Below, piece by piece: positions 9,119-19,052 of a stretch of 64,000 bases of DNA. Numbering within the stretch: the first letter of the stretch is position 1; the number at the start of each line of letters is the position of its first letter. Below the pieces are notes generated by a model. It saw only the letters and a program-made list of their open reading frames with translations. It was not told where the DNA came from and did not search any database. Origin of the DNA: Planctomycetota bacterium (GTDB lineage: Bacteria; Planctomycetota; UBA8108; SXIK01); contig CBDCXR010000004.1 of NCBI GenBank assembly GCA_965223845.1, forward strand, positions 7,296,001 to 7,360,000, given 5' to 3'. Both the position numbers and the translations under genes were made by a program.

Positions 9119-11155
9119 CTACTCGGGACTCGCGGCGCCCTCGCCACCGGTGTAGATCTCGCCGACGAGCTCCCCGAAGGTCGCGAAGTCGAGCGGCTGC
9201 GCGCCGTTCGCGGGCTCGCCATCGGCGTGAACGCGAAGCATCAAGCCGTCCGGGTGGAGCGCGCGGGCCGCGAGGGCGAGCTGGACGAGGACGTCCGGCC
9301 GGTCGGCCGCGTGCGACGGATCGACGAGCACCGGGAGAGGTGTCAGATCGCGAAGCGTCGCGAGCGACGCCAGATCGAGAGTGTGGCGCGTCGTCCCCTC
9401 GAACGTGCGGATTCCGCGTTCGCAGAGAATGATCTGCTGATTTCCCTGTTTGGCGATCGCCTCGGCGGCCTTGAGGAGCTCTTCGATCGTCGCCATCGGG
9501 CCGCGCTTCAGAATCACGGGCTTGTTGACCCTTCCCGCGGCGCGGAGGAGCGCGTAGTTCTGCATGTGACGTGCGCCGATGAGGACGATCGCGGCGTGCG
9601 TCGCGACGAGCGGAACGTCCTCCGGCGATACCGCCTCCGTCGCGACCGGGAGTCCGTACTGGCGCCCGGCTTCAGAGAGCCAGCGGAGGCGATCCTCGTC
9701 GAGCCCCGCTTCGTCGGCTGGCCGGTTCGGATCGAAACAGCCGCCGCGAAGAACGGTGGCGCCCGCTTCGCGGATCCGCCGCGCCGAGGAGTGGATCTGC
9801 TCTTCGGACGCGACGACCCCGGGTCCGGCGACGACGACGATGTTCCCGTCGCCGAAGCGGACGTTCTCCGCGGTGACCGTCATTTGACCGGGCCCGTGCC
9901 GACCGACGAGAGACACGCCGATCCGGCGCAGGCTCTCCGCCGCCGGACGGCGCTCGCGGGGAAGCTCGGGCGACTTGGCCCGAACTGCGGCGACGGCCGC
10001 CGGCCGCGGCTCGGTCTTGCCGCGCTCCTCCATCGGGTAGCTGCCCAGAATCTTGAGGAACGCCGTACTCGCGCGCAGCGTGCGGAGCGCTTCGGTGACA
10101 CGTTCCTCCACGCGGTTCCCCTCGAAGTCGATGTAGAAGAGATACTGAAACGGGACGCCGGGCCGGGGACGACTCTCGAGCTTCGTCAGGTTGAGCTTGT
10201 GACCGTGAAGGGTGTTGAGCGCGCTGAGGAGCGCTCCCTCCTCGTGCGGCGTCGCGAGGACGAGAGACGTCTTCGCCGGGATCCGCAAGTCGACCTCCCG
10301 CGGTTCGCGCGCCACGATCAAGAAGCGCGTGTAGTTGTCCCTCTGGTCGGCCAGTCCGCGCTTGAGGACCGTGAGCCCGTAGAGCCGCGCCGCCTCCTCG
10401 CTGGCGATCGCGGCCTGCGCGAGGTCGTTGTCCTCGCGCACTTTCTGAACGGCCATCGCCGTGTCGGTGTGGGGCTCGCTTTTGCAGTTCTCGAGACTGT
10501 TCAAGAAATTGAAGCACTGCGCGAGCGCCTGGGGATGCGAGAGAACGCGCCGGATGTTTGCGATCGGGATGTCGTCCACGGCGACGAGACAGTGATCGAC
10601 GCGAAAAATCTCCTCGCCGATGACGCTCAGCTCCGCCTTCACGAGCAGATCGTAGACTTCGTTGATGCTTCCCGCCGTCGTGTTCTCGACGGGAAGGATG
10701 CCGTAGTCCGACGCGCCCTGCTCCACCGCGGCGACGACCTGCGCGAAGGTCGGGTAGCCGGTGATGACGGTCGCCTCCTCGTCGCGCGAGAAGAACTTCT
10801 TCGCCGCGAGGTAGCTGTACGCGCCCGCGACGCCCTGGAACGCGACGCGCTTCATCGCCATCGGCTCGTCGGGATTCCCGCGGCTGAGGAGGAAGAGCTG
10901 CTGCGAGCGCACGGAGTCGTCGATGATGACGTGGAAGACGCTCTTGACGTAGTGCGCGTCGAGCCCGAGCTCGCGTCCGGCGGCGATCAATCGCTCGAGG
11001 AGTTCCTCCTCTCGCTTTGCGTCGCGAAGAGGGCGCTCGTTCTCGGCTTTCTCCTCTATGACGCGCTGCGAGAGCGCTCGCCGATCAGCGAGGCACTGGA
11101 GCAGCCGCGCGTCCGTCGCGTTGATGTCTTCTCGGAGTTTCTTCAGGTTGTCCAT
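9119..11155 (-). CDS. pheA: Chorismate mutase-prephenate dehydratase-ACT protein fused to a degenerate DAHP synthase I-beta domain
   Basis: N-terminal CM (LREDINATD...RD.KRE); PDT motifs AFQGVAGAYS, PVENTTAG, SHPQALAQC and NYTRF; ACT ESRP; C-terminal LKRG, CERGIRTFE, VDPSH. Confidence 0.9.
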   Translation of the reverse strand: MDNLKKLREDINATDARLLQCLADRRALSQRVIEEKAENERPLRDAKREEELLERLIAAGRELGLDAHYVKSVFHVIIDDSVRSQQLFLLSRGNPDEPMAMKRVAFQGVAGAYSYLAAKKFFSRDEEATVITGYPTFAQVVAAVEQGASDYGILPVENTTAGSINEVYDLLVKAELSVIGEEIFRVDHCLVAVDDIPIANIRRVLSHPQALAQCFNFLNSLENCKSEPHTDTAMAVQKVREDNDLAQAAIASEEAARLYGLTVLKRGLADQRDNYTRFLIVAREPREVDLRIPAKTSLVLATPHEEGALLSALNTLHGHKLNLTKLESRPRPGVPFQYLFYIDFEGNRVEERVTEALRTLRASTAFLKILGSYPMEERGKTEPRPAAVAAVRAKSPELPRERRPAAESLRRIGVSLVGRHGPGQMTVTAENVRFGDGNIVVVAGPGVVASEEQIHSSARRIREAGATVLRGGCFDPNRPADEAGLDEDRLRWLSEAGRQYGLPVATEAVSPEDVPLVATHAAIVLIGARHMQNYALLRAAGRVNKPVILKRGPMATIEELLKAAEAIAKQGNQQIILCERGIRTFEGTTRHTLDLASLATLRDLTPLPVLVDPSHAADRPDVLVQLALAARALHPDGLMLRVHADGEPANGAQPLDFATFGELVGEIYTGGEGAASPE

Positions 11156-11348
11156 GTCTCTCGACCTCGCGGGTCGGAGTCGAACTCGTTCAAGTGCGAA
11201 ACGGGTGCGGGAGCGCTCGCCGCACGGGCAGCGCCAGAGGAGGAACCGCCGGCGACGTCCCGATTCGATTGCGCGCGACTGTTTTCGGAACTTCGCCGAG
11301 CGAGCCCGGTCGCCCGCGGCCGCTACCCGTGGGCCGCCGAACGAGCCG

Positions 11349-12392
11349 CTACGTCACTTCCGTCGTCCAGCCGAACGGATCGTCCCGCGCTCCCGTCTGG
11401 ATGCCTCGGAGATTCTCGAGCAGAGCTTGACTCGTGCTCTCCGCCGGAAAGGCGACGGTACGGTCACCGTAGTCGATTTCCCGCACGCGCTGGATCGTCC
11501 ATGCCGTGCCGGCGCAGAAAACCTCTTCGCCGTCGTCGAGGACTTCGTCGATGGGGAGATTCCGCTCCTCCACCTTGAGTCCGAGTATCTCGCGCGCGAC
11601 CGTGATCGTCGATTCCCGCGTGATCCCCGGCAGGATCTGATCGTCGAGCGGCGGCGTCACGACGACACCGTCTTTCCGTTTCACGAAGAAGTTCGATCCG
11701 CTCGTCTCGGTGACGTGCTTGAGGTGGTGCGCGTCGAGGTAGAGAACGTCATCGTAGCCGCGTTCGCGCCACTTCGAGGCGACGTAGATTCCGCCGGCGT
11801 AGTTCCCCATCGCCTTTGAGTATCCCGTCCCGCCCGGGGCGACGCGTCCCTGCTCGAGTACACGCAGGCGCACGCCGTTGTCGGCGCCGCCGGAGAAGTA
11901 CGAGCCGACGGGGCTCACGAACATGTGGACGGCAAACCGCGTGCACGGTCCGAGCCCGAGCTTCGGCTCGACGGCGTGCTCGACCGGCCGGATGTAGAGG
12001 GAGCCCTTACCCGCGGGCGGCACGAACCGGAGGTTGCGCCGGACGAGTTCGACGCACGCATCGACGAACTGGTCGACCGGAAACGGCGCCATCGTGAGCC
12101 GTTCGGCCGAGCGCTGGAGTCGCTCGCCGTTCTGCCGGACCCGAAAGAGGAGGACCCGACCGTCCGAGCTGCGCTGCGCCTTGAGACCTTCGAACACACC
12201 GAGCCCGTACGACATGAACGCCGCCGCCGGGCTCACCGAAATGTCGCCGAAGGGAACGTACTCGCCGTCGTCCCAGACCGGGTCGCGAGTCGTATCGCCG
12301 AACGAGCGATACATCACGTCGGTTGGGGTGAGCGAAAAATCGAGTTCGTCCCAGTCGGGCAGAGGGCGTTGGCCATCCTCGGTCGGTGTCAT
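11349..12392 (-). CDS. ilvE: Branched-chain amino acid aminotransferase
   Basis: YGLGVFEGLKA, LYIRP, KAMGNY, ETSGSN, ILPGITR and AGTA motifs. Confidence 0.92.
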   Translation of the reverse strand: MTPTEDGQRPLPDWDELDFSLTPTDVMYRSFGDTTRDPVWDDGEYVPFGDISVSPAAAFMSYGLGVFEGLKAQRSSDGRVLLFRVRQNGERLQRSAERLTMAPFPVDQFVDACVELVRRNLRFVPPAGKGSLYIRPVEHAVEPKLGLGPCTRFAVHMFVSPVGSYFSGGADNGVRLRVLEQGRVAPGGTGYSKAMGNYAGGIYVASKWRERGYDDVLYLDAHHLKHVTETSGSNFFVKRKDGVVVTPPLDDQILPGITRESTITVAREILGLKVEERNLPIDEVLDDGEEVFCAGTAWTIQRVREIDYGDRTVAFPAESTSQALLENLRGIQTGARDDPFGWTTEVT

Positions 12393-12556
12393 GCGTCTCG
12401 GAACTCCGGAGGTGAAAAAAGCGCGACCGTGCATTATAAGCCACGCGTGGGGAGTAGAAAGGTCCAATGCAGCGGCGCGCGGTCTCGCGATCGCGACGCA
12501 GGAGGAGTGCGCGGATCGGGCGGCGGGGACCGCGGGAGCAGGCTATGGAGGTCATC

Positions 12557-13285
12557 ATGAGTGGCAAGCGCCGGGTCCGACTCACGCGGATTTTTCTCTT
12601 CACGTTTCTCGGCATGCTTTCGCTCTGCGCGGCGTTCGGGATCATCGCCGCGATGGCGGGCGAGTTCGACGAGACGGTGGGGCGACTCTTTCTCTTCTCG
12701 ACCGCCGCGGCCTACTACAGTCTGCTCGGTCTCGGGTGCGCGACGCTCCTCGAGCGCAGCCGCGGCGCCGTCCTCGCCTACGCCGGAATCGCCACCGCGG
12801 CCGTGACGTTCGCGCTCGCCTCCGTGATGATTTGGCACGAGGATGCGGACAGCGAGACCATGTGGCGAACGTTCGGGGTGCTGAACTGCTGGTCGCTCGC
12901 GCTCGCGCTCGTCAGCCTGATCGCGCTCGCGCGGGTCGAGCGGAAGTACCTCTTCGCGCCGGTCGCGACGGCGCTCCTCGCCTTCGTGCTCGCGGGACTG
13001 ATCTCCGCTCTCATCATGTTCGGCTCGGATCCGAGCGAAGGACTCATGCGCGCGATGGTGGTCGTTTCGATTCTCGTCGTGCTCGGCACGATTTCGACGC
13101 CGGTTCTCCACCGGATCTCCGCGCTCGAGCCGGAGCTCGCCGAAGCGATCGGCGAGACCGTCGAGCTCTTCTGTCCGCGGTGCCGGCGGCGACAGACGCT
13201 CCTTCTCGGCGCGGATCATTGTCACCGCTGCGGGCTCGAGATCGGGGTGACGATCGCCACCGTTGAGACCGCGAAGCATGTCTGA
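12557..13285 (+). CDS. Multi-pass membrane protein with C-terminal zinc ribbon
   Basis: About 6-7 hydrophobic helices, then CPRC-x12-CHRC; GGAGG RBS before ATG 12557. Confidence 0.75.
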   Translation: MSGKRRVRLTRIFLFTFLGMLSLCAAFGIIAAMAGEFDETVGRLFLFSTAAAYYSLLGLGCATLLERSRGAVLAYAGIATAAVTFALASVMIWHEDADSETMWRTFGVLNCWSLALALVSLIALARVERKYLFAPVATALLAFVLAGLISALIMFGSDPSEGLMRAMVVVSILVVLGTISTPVLHRISALEPELAEAIGETVELFCPRCRRRQTLLLGADHCHRCGLEIGVTIATVETAKHV

Positions 13286-14555
13286 GCCGCTCGACGACGT
13301 CGCGGGCGCAGCGAGCGAGGTCGATCCGTCTGCGGCTCGCGCCCCGAGGAGTTGGAAGTCGATCGCCGGACGAGTCGCCGCCCCGTTCGCACGAATCGGA
13401 GGCGCGCTCATTCACCCGATCGCACACCGGATCCCGACGCTCGACCGCTACGTGCTTCGCCGATTCTTCGGAATCTACTTTGCGAACCTGATCTCGTTCT
13501 CGCTCCTCTACGTCGTCATCGATCTCGTCAACAACATCGACAACTTCTACGACTCGACCGACGGCTTCGGGGAGCTCGCTGCGGCGTGCTTCGGCTACTA
13601 CTACTCGATGGTGCCGGTGATCTACTGCCAGATCCTCGGCCCCGTCGTCTGCGTGGCCGCCGCGCTCTTTACGGTGACGCTCTTCCAGCGCTCGAATGAA
13701 TTCGTGCCGATCCTCGCGACGGGTCGCAGCTACCAGCGCGCGCTCTTCGCGATCGTCGTCGCCTCGGCGGGACTCTCCGTCGTCGTCTTTCTCGTGCAGG
13801 AAATCTGGATCCCGTTCACGGTCGAGCAGATCCACGCCTCGATGCAAAAGCGCGGTGAGCGCGCGACGTTTCGCGATCTGAAGTACCACGACTCCGAGCG
13901 GGGCATGCTGATCATCCTCCGTCAGTACGATCGGTTCGAACGCCGCGCCGAGGGTGTCCTCGTGCTCCCGGTCGGCAGCCGCGGCGGCACGCAGCGCCAC
14001 ATCGATGCACGCTCGATGCAGTGGCAGGAGCCCGAGGGGCGCGATCCGTACTGGCGGATGCGCGATGCGCGCATCCAGGAGTACGACTCCGAAGGAACTC
14101 TCGTCATTCGGAACGACGACGACTGGGAGGGCGTGCCACGGCTCGATGAGCTCCTTCCTTACTACGAGCTCGAGACGACGATGGCGCCCGAAGATCTCGA
14201 GCTCGGACAGGAAGAAGCCGTCTACATGACGATGTCCGCGCTGCGAAAGCGCGTCGAAGATGCGCAGGATGATCAGAGCCGCTGGGTCGTCAAGTACATG
14301 GCGCGGTTCAGCACCCCGCTCGTCAATTTGATTCTCGTTCTCCTCGGTCTCCCCATCGTCGTTCTCTTCGGCAATCGAAACGTCTTCGTCGGCGCTCTTC
14401 TCGCCGTCGGTGTGTCCGCGGTGTACTTCTTCTTCCATTCGATCTTCCAAGAGTTCGGGGTGCGAGGCCACGTGCCGGCGCGCTTCGGCGCCTGGGTGGG
14501 TCCGGCGCTCTTTCTCGCGCTCGGGGCGACTCTCTACCGCGAGATGCGGAGCTGA
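13278..14555 (+). CDS. LptF/LptG family LPS export permease
   Basis: LDRYVLRRF, SNEFVPILATGRS, periplasmic beta region and three C-terminal TM helices ending AWVGPALF. Confidence 0.85.
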   Translation: MSEPLDDVAGAASEVDPSAARAPRSWKSIAGRVAAPFARIGGALIHPIAHRIPTLDRYVLRRFFGIYFANLISFSLLYVVIDLVNNIDNFYDSTDGFGELAAACFGYYYSMVPVIYCQILGPVVCVAAALFTVTLFQRSNEFVPILATGRSYQRALFAIVVASAGLSVVVFLVQEIWIPFTVEQIHASMQKRGERATFRDLKYHDSERGMLIILRQYDRFERRAEGVLVLPVGSRGGTQRHIDARSMQWQEPEGRDPYWRMRDARIQEYDSEGTLVIRNDDDWEGVPRLDELLPYYELETTMAPEDLELGQEEAVYMTMSALRKRVEDAQDDQSRWVVKYMARFSTPLVNLILVLLGLPIVVLFGNRNVFVGALLAVGVSAVYFFFHSIFQEFGVRGHVPARFGAWVGPALFLALGATLYREMRS

Positions 14556-14558
14556 CGG

Positions 14559-15419
14559 ATGAGCAGGACCGACCCACTCGCGGGGTCACGCATCGCGATT
14601 ACGCGGAGCCGCGAGCAGAACGCCGAGCTGCGCGCACTGCTCGTTGCGCGCGGAGCGGACGTCGTCTCGGTGCCGACCGTGCGCTTCGTCCCGCAGCCGC
14701 TCAGCGAAGAGCTAGCCGAGGTGCTCGCCCACCCGAACGAGTTCACGCACGTCGCATTCACGAGTCGAAACGGCGTCGTTTACTTCGGAAGGCTCCTCGA
14801 TGCGGCGGGCGTCGACGTGAGGGACTGGGCGGGGTGTACGTTCGCGGCCGTCGGGCCGTCGACGGCGGCCGCGTGCGTCGACCACGGGTGGAAACCGGCG
14901 ATCGTCTCCGAAGGCGGAGGCGAGGCGCTCGCGCAGGAGCTCCTCGACGCCGGACTCTCATCGACCGGTCGAGTGCTTCTCCCGCAATCGCGCATCGCGC
15001 GCTCGGAGCTCGAGTCGACGCTCGCTGCGGGCGGCATCGCGGTGCGATCCGTGACGGTCTACGATACGCGCGAAGAGACGCCGGAGTGCGCGGCGCGACT
15101 CCTCACTCTCCTTGCCGAAGGTAATCCGCCGGAAGGAGTCGTCTTTGCGAGTCCATCGGCCGTTCGCGCGTGGATGAGCTTGACCGGAACGGCGGGACGC
15201 GAGCTTCTTCTCCGAAGTGAAACGCTCGTCGTCTCGATCGGCGGGACGACGACGGCCGCGCTGGCCGAACGCGGGATCACGGATGCGATCGAGGCCGAGC
15301 GGCCGTCGGTCGACGGGCTCATCGCGGCGCTCTCGCTCGGAATCCGCGCGCAGACGAAGAACGAGAGATTCACCTCGAAGGACACGAAGGGGGGAGATCG
15401 GACGGACGGACGGAGTTGA
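14559..15419 (+). CDS. hemD: Uroporphyrinogen-III synthase
   Basis: IAITRS, FTSRNGV, AVGPSTA, VYDT, FASPSAV and SIGGTT motifs. Confidence 0.92.
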   Translation: MSRTDPLAGSRIAITRSREQNAELRALLVARGADVVSVPTVRFVPQPLSEELAEVLAHPNEFTHVAFTSRNGVVYFGRLLDAAGVDVRDWAGCTFAAVGPSTAAACVDHGWKPAIVSEGGGEALAQELLDAGLSSTGRVLLPQSRIARSELESTLAAGGIAVRSVTVYDTREETPECAARLLTLLAEGNPPEGVVFASPSAVRAWMSLTGTAGRELLLRSETLVVSIGGTTTAALAERGITDAIEAERPSVDGLIAALSLGIRAQTKNERFTSKDTKGGDRTDGRS

Positions 15420-15426
15420 GGTGCGC

Positions 15427-15455
15427 CGGGGAACTCTCGTTCGAGCGGTTCCCCG
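15427..15455. terminator. Hairpin between convergent hemD and the FGE gene
   Basis: CGGGGAAC ... GTTCCCCG; no U-tract. Confidence 0.45.
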
Positions 15456-16628
15456 CTATTCGAGCTCGAGCTCCGATTGGGTCGGACAGAGCGAGTAGAC
15501 CACGCGGAACCCAGTGTTTGCCGCAGCGGCAGTTGGGGTCCCGGTATCCCGCATCGCAGAACGTCCCAATGCGAGCGGGAACAAGGTCGCTTCTCCACGT
15601 CGGATCTTCTTTGATCCCTTCGCGGGTCCTCGTGGATCTACGGTGACCGTGTCCGGACCGGGATACGGTGCATACCAATCCGCACACCACTCCCACACGA
15701 GATCGTGCATGTTGTGAAGTCCCCAGTCGTTCGGCGGGTGGAATCCGACACTGATCGGTCTCGCGCCCCAGCGAGGATCCTCCGAGCACCACCAGTGTAC
15801 GTATCGCGACGCGAGTTTTCCAGCGTCGCTTCGACACTGGGGGTTCGAGCCGTCCTCCTCGAGGACATCGCCGAACCAAAACTGCGTTGTCGTTCCGGCG
15901 CGACAAGCGTACTCCCACTCGGCTTCGGTCGGCAGGCGGTAGAACCGACCCTCCCGTTTCGACAGCTCCCGGCAGAATCGTTGGGTGTCGTGCCAGGAGA
16001 CTTGCTCCACGGGCCGGTTGAGATTGATGCCCGCGCGCTCGCCATTGTGGAAGCTCGGATTCTCCCCCATCACATCGAGGTACGCCGCCTGCGTCACCGG
16101 AACCTCGCTCATGAAGAAACCGCACGTGAGGACGACCGTGTGCAGTCGTTCGTCTTCTTGGCGCCCCGGTTCCGTTTCAGGCGATCCCATTTCGAACGTC
16201 CCGGGCGGGATGTACACCATGTTGAGTCCGATCGAGTTCTCGAAATCGAGCGGAACGTCGCAGGGCGACCGTTGGCAGTCGAGTGGATCGGGGGTGCGGT
16301 CAAAACCGCATATCGTCGGGGGCGGGATCTTTATTCCACCGACGAAGAGGAAGTTCAGCAGGAAGATCGCATCGGTGATCTGTAAAGCGCCGTTGTCGTC
16401 GACATCCGCTGCGTCCAGGCAGTCGAGTGGACCGCCGCCGTCGAAGAGAACTTCGAGTAAGAGGACGACATCCGCCAGATCGTGCTGGTCGTGGGAACCG
16501 TCGACATCGCCTCGAGAAAACGTGTGGACGTCCGACCCTCCGACGCCATCGAGATCACCTGCGATTGTGGGCGCACAGAAAGAGGCGACTAAAGCTAGCG
16601 GACAGATTCGGATTGCGACGTTCGCCAT
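15456..16628 (-). CDS. Secreted protein: dockerin-like domain plus FGE/SUMF1 (CLec-fold) domain
   Basis: Signal peptide; FSRGDVDG...CLDAADVDDNG...DAIFLLNFLF...DPLDC; then NSIGLNMVYIPPGTFEMGSP, PVEQVSW, RLPTEAEWEYACRAG, VWEWC, GFRV. Confidence 0.88.
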   Translation of the reverse strand: MANVAIRICPLALVASFCAPTIAGDLDGVGGSDVHTFSRGDVDGSHDQHDLADVVLLLEVLFDGGGPLDCLDAADVDDNGALQITDAIFLLNFLFVGGIKIPPPTICGFDRTPDPLDCQRSPCDVPLDFENSIGLNMVYIPPGTFEMGSPETEPGRQEDERLHTVVLTCGFFMSEVPVTQAAYLDVMGENPSFHNGERAGINLNRPVEQVSWHDTQRFCRELSKREGRFYRLPTEAEWEYACRAGTTTQFWFGDVLEEDGSNPQCRSDAGKLASRYVHWWCSEDPRWGARPISVGFHPPNDWGLHNMHDLVWEWCADWYAPYPGPDTVTVDPRGPAKGSKKIRRGEATLFPLALGRSAMRDTGTPTAAAANTGFRVVYSLCPTQSELELE

Positions 16629-16721
16629 CTCGAAACCTCCTCCCGGCGACAGCACATCAGAACCAACTTTAACCTCTTAGCGCGAAAAATGGGATTCTCG
16701 GACCCCAGTGCCGAGAGGGTG

Positions 16722-17546
16722 TTATTCGTGTGCGTCCTGAACGAGATCGAGCGTACCTAGAATTAACCGATCTCGAGCTATGCTCCGCAATTCGGCAAAA
16801 CGGTGAAACTCTGGATGTTCGTCAAAGGGAAGACGGAAAACTCGTTTCAGTCCAGATTCAAGCACTTGAACGTGAACGGCCACCGCCTCGTCGCTGCCGG
16901 ACTCCGCGGGTGGCGAATGGGTATCGGGCGGCAATTCGACGAATTCACCGGCTGCGGTCGCCAAACCTACCTGATCGTGAATGTACAACTGTTCTTCCTG
17001 GTTCACCAGGGCGACGTTCGCTTTGAAGAGGCTGAAGAGTAGTCGCACCTGGTCGAGTACGTGTCTTGGCAGCGATTCAGGGTCGCCGGAAATCTCGCGG
17101 TCCCGCCATGACCCCAAGAAGTCTACAAATTCCTCCTGAGCCGTTCCGCTCGGTGAGAATCCATTCGCCAAATCGCGAGTTTCTGGATTCATCGCTAATA
17201 GCGCCGAGTCCGACTCCATCGTCGCAGGTGTTGAAGACGGACTCCAACTCGATTCGCTAAGTTGTGCTAGTAGGTCTTCGTATCGCTCGCGCAGATCGAC
17301 GATGAGCGCCGGTACTGAGTCGAGAGCAGCGAGAGTGGCCTCCCGTTGTGTCTCATTCTCGCCAGCAAGGAGGTCGAGTGCCTTCAGGCGCCTTTCAATC
17401 GCTGCACAGCGTACGTTCAATGCGTCCTGATCGGAGACGATGACACCGTAGTTGTACCGAGGTGCACCGAGAAGGCCCACTCCGATCAAGCCCAGCAATG
17501 CGATTGCTACAATGTTGAGTATGAGAAAAGTGGTTCTGTCATTCAT
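16722..17546 (-). CDS. Hypothetical protein with N-terminal TM anchor and coiled coil
   Basis: Hydrophobic N-terminus and heptad-like helix; co-oriented with neighbours. Confidence 0.65.
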   Translation of the reverse strand: MNDRTTFLILNIVAIALLGLIGVGLLGAPRYNYGVIVSDQDALNVRCAAIERRLKALDLLAGENETQREATLAALDSVPALIVDLRERYEDLLAQLSESSWSPSSTPATMESDSALLAMNPETRDLANGFSPSGTAQEEFVDFLGSWRDREISGDPESLPRHVLDQVRLLFSLFKANVALVNQEEQLYIHDQVGLATAAGEFVELPPDTHSPPAESGSDEAVAVHVQVLESGLKRVFRLPFDEHPEFHRFAELRSIARDRLILGTLDLVQDAHE

Positions 17547-17577
17547 CTGGAGGTAGTGTCGCGACTCGGTCGCTGGA

Positions 17578-18069
17578 TCACAAGCCGTTACAGATAGCGG
17601 CTGCGTCGATCAGAAAGTTTGCACCAGCTCCCATTGTGCAGTTATTGCAATTTGTCGGATGCGGATGCAGCCTTATTCTCATAGTGACGCCGTCTTCCCA
17701 GCATCCGAGTGTCCGCGAGACGTTCGCAGCCGACACGGATCCGATCGCCCCGGCACTCACTCTGCTGAAACACTGTTCGTTGGCGCAAATCCCTTCCCAC
17801 TCGGGATCGCAGCCGGCGATAGTGTTTTCTACTGTCGCGGTTACGGTGATCTCGCACGCGCTTGTGCTGGGTACGATTGAGCAATTCGATGGAAATACTT
17901 TTCCGGTGCCGCCATCTGAGCAGGAATTACAGGCGATCGACGCGTCGTAAGCGCTGTCGCCCCCGAGTGTGCAGCTGGTGGCGTTTACGAGCGGAATTCC
18001 AGAAGGCATGACAAGATATAGCAACGGGAGCGCTGCCAATACGATGGTATTCGGGGTCAATGGCCGCAT
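17578..18069 (-). CDS. Small secreted Cys-rich protein (12 Cys)
   Basis: AGGAG RBS before ATG 18069; signal peptide ending near VNA; two CxxC pairs. Confidence 0.7.
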   Translation of the reverse strand: MRPLTPNTIVLAALPLLYLVMPSGIPLVNATSCTLGGDSAYDASIACNSCSDGGTGKVFPSNCSIVPSTSACEITVTATVENTIAGCDPEWEGICANEQCFSRVSAGAIGSVSAANVSRTLGCWEDGVTMRIRLHPHPTNCNNCTMGAGANFLIDAAAICNGL

Positions 18070-18488
18070 GCTCTGGCTCCTTCTCGATCGGCTGGTAGAA
18101 GCGATCGGCGATTCCGACGTAGGTCGTCGATCGGTCGCCAACAACACGCTCTACCCCTATAGAGCAGCGAGATCGTCCAATCTCCCGAGAGAATGTCCGG
18201 GATTGTCGGCTTCTCGTGCGGGCTCTCCTTGAGCTTTCGTGGGGATCAAGGCGAAGCCATCCCCCAAGGTGGGTCGCCGGAGTGTCTTACGTGCTGACGC
18301 CGGCATCACTGAAGATCCTGTCGCCCACCCGCCTCGTGGTGACTCCAAAGCTCGTCTGGATACAAGGAGCATAGGGGCAGTGCGGTAGCGTGGCCGACCT
18401 ATGATTTCGACGTGGGCCCACACGAAACCGGGGAGCGCAGGTGGCCCTACCAATCGTAGACCGGACTTGCGGATTCGCGCCGATCTCA

Positions 18489-19052
18489 CTACCGGAGACC
18501 TCGGTTGGTCTGATTCGCCACGCGATGGAACGGCGAGGGAAGTTCGGTAGTTTGGAATCCCCGAGACAGAGCCCGACGAAGTCGATAGAGCCGTCGGGAC
18601 AACTGCGGACCGGTGATCTCGTACTCGGAGAGCAGGAATCTACGATCGCGACCCTCGATGTAGACACGCCGAAAGAGTGTCCATTGCGGAACGGAAAGCT
18701 GTGAGCACGCCGCGGCGAGACATTCAATCGCGTCGATGGGAAACTCGTTTGTCCCCGATTGCGAGGTGGTCGGCAGCAACTCAGACAGCGAGATGAATCG
18801 TTCCGAACGGTGGCGGTCTCGACAGACGAGTCGAATCGCTGTGGTCCTTAAGTAGCCCCGCACGCTTCTCCGATTCATGAGCGGGCAGCCTACCTCGAAA
18901 AACCGCGACGCAGCGTCTTCGGCGAGCGTCTCGCCGTCTATCCAGAGCGGAAGGTGGAGCCGGCCAACAATGTCGCGGGCGATTGTGTAAAGTTCCTTCC
19001 ACGCGTCCCTGTCCCTCTCCCGGAGCAGAGTCATCCAATCAGATTGAGTCAC
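18489..19052 (-). CDS. Divergent ECF-type sigma-70 factor
   Basis: LRERDRDAWKELY...AEDAA...VRGYLRTTAIRL (region 2-like); LSVPQWTLF...YIEG...LSRRLYRLRRAL (region 4-like). Confidence 0.6.
   Translation of the reverse strand: MTQSDWMTLLRERDRDAWKELYTIARDIVGRLHLPLWIDGETLAEDAASRFFEVGCPLMNRRSVRGYLRTTAIRLVCRDRHRSERFISLSELLPTTSQSGTNEFPIDAIECLAAACSQLSVPQWTLFRRVYIEGRDRRFLLSEYEITGPQLSRRLYRLRRALSRGFQTTELPSPFHRVANQTNRGLR

Noticed and set aside
15456-16300. Complete diversity-generating retroelement
   Set aside because: No reverse transcriptase or template repeat seen in the window
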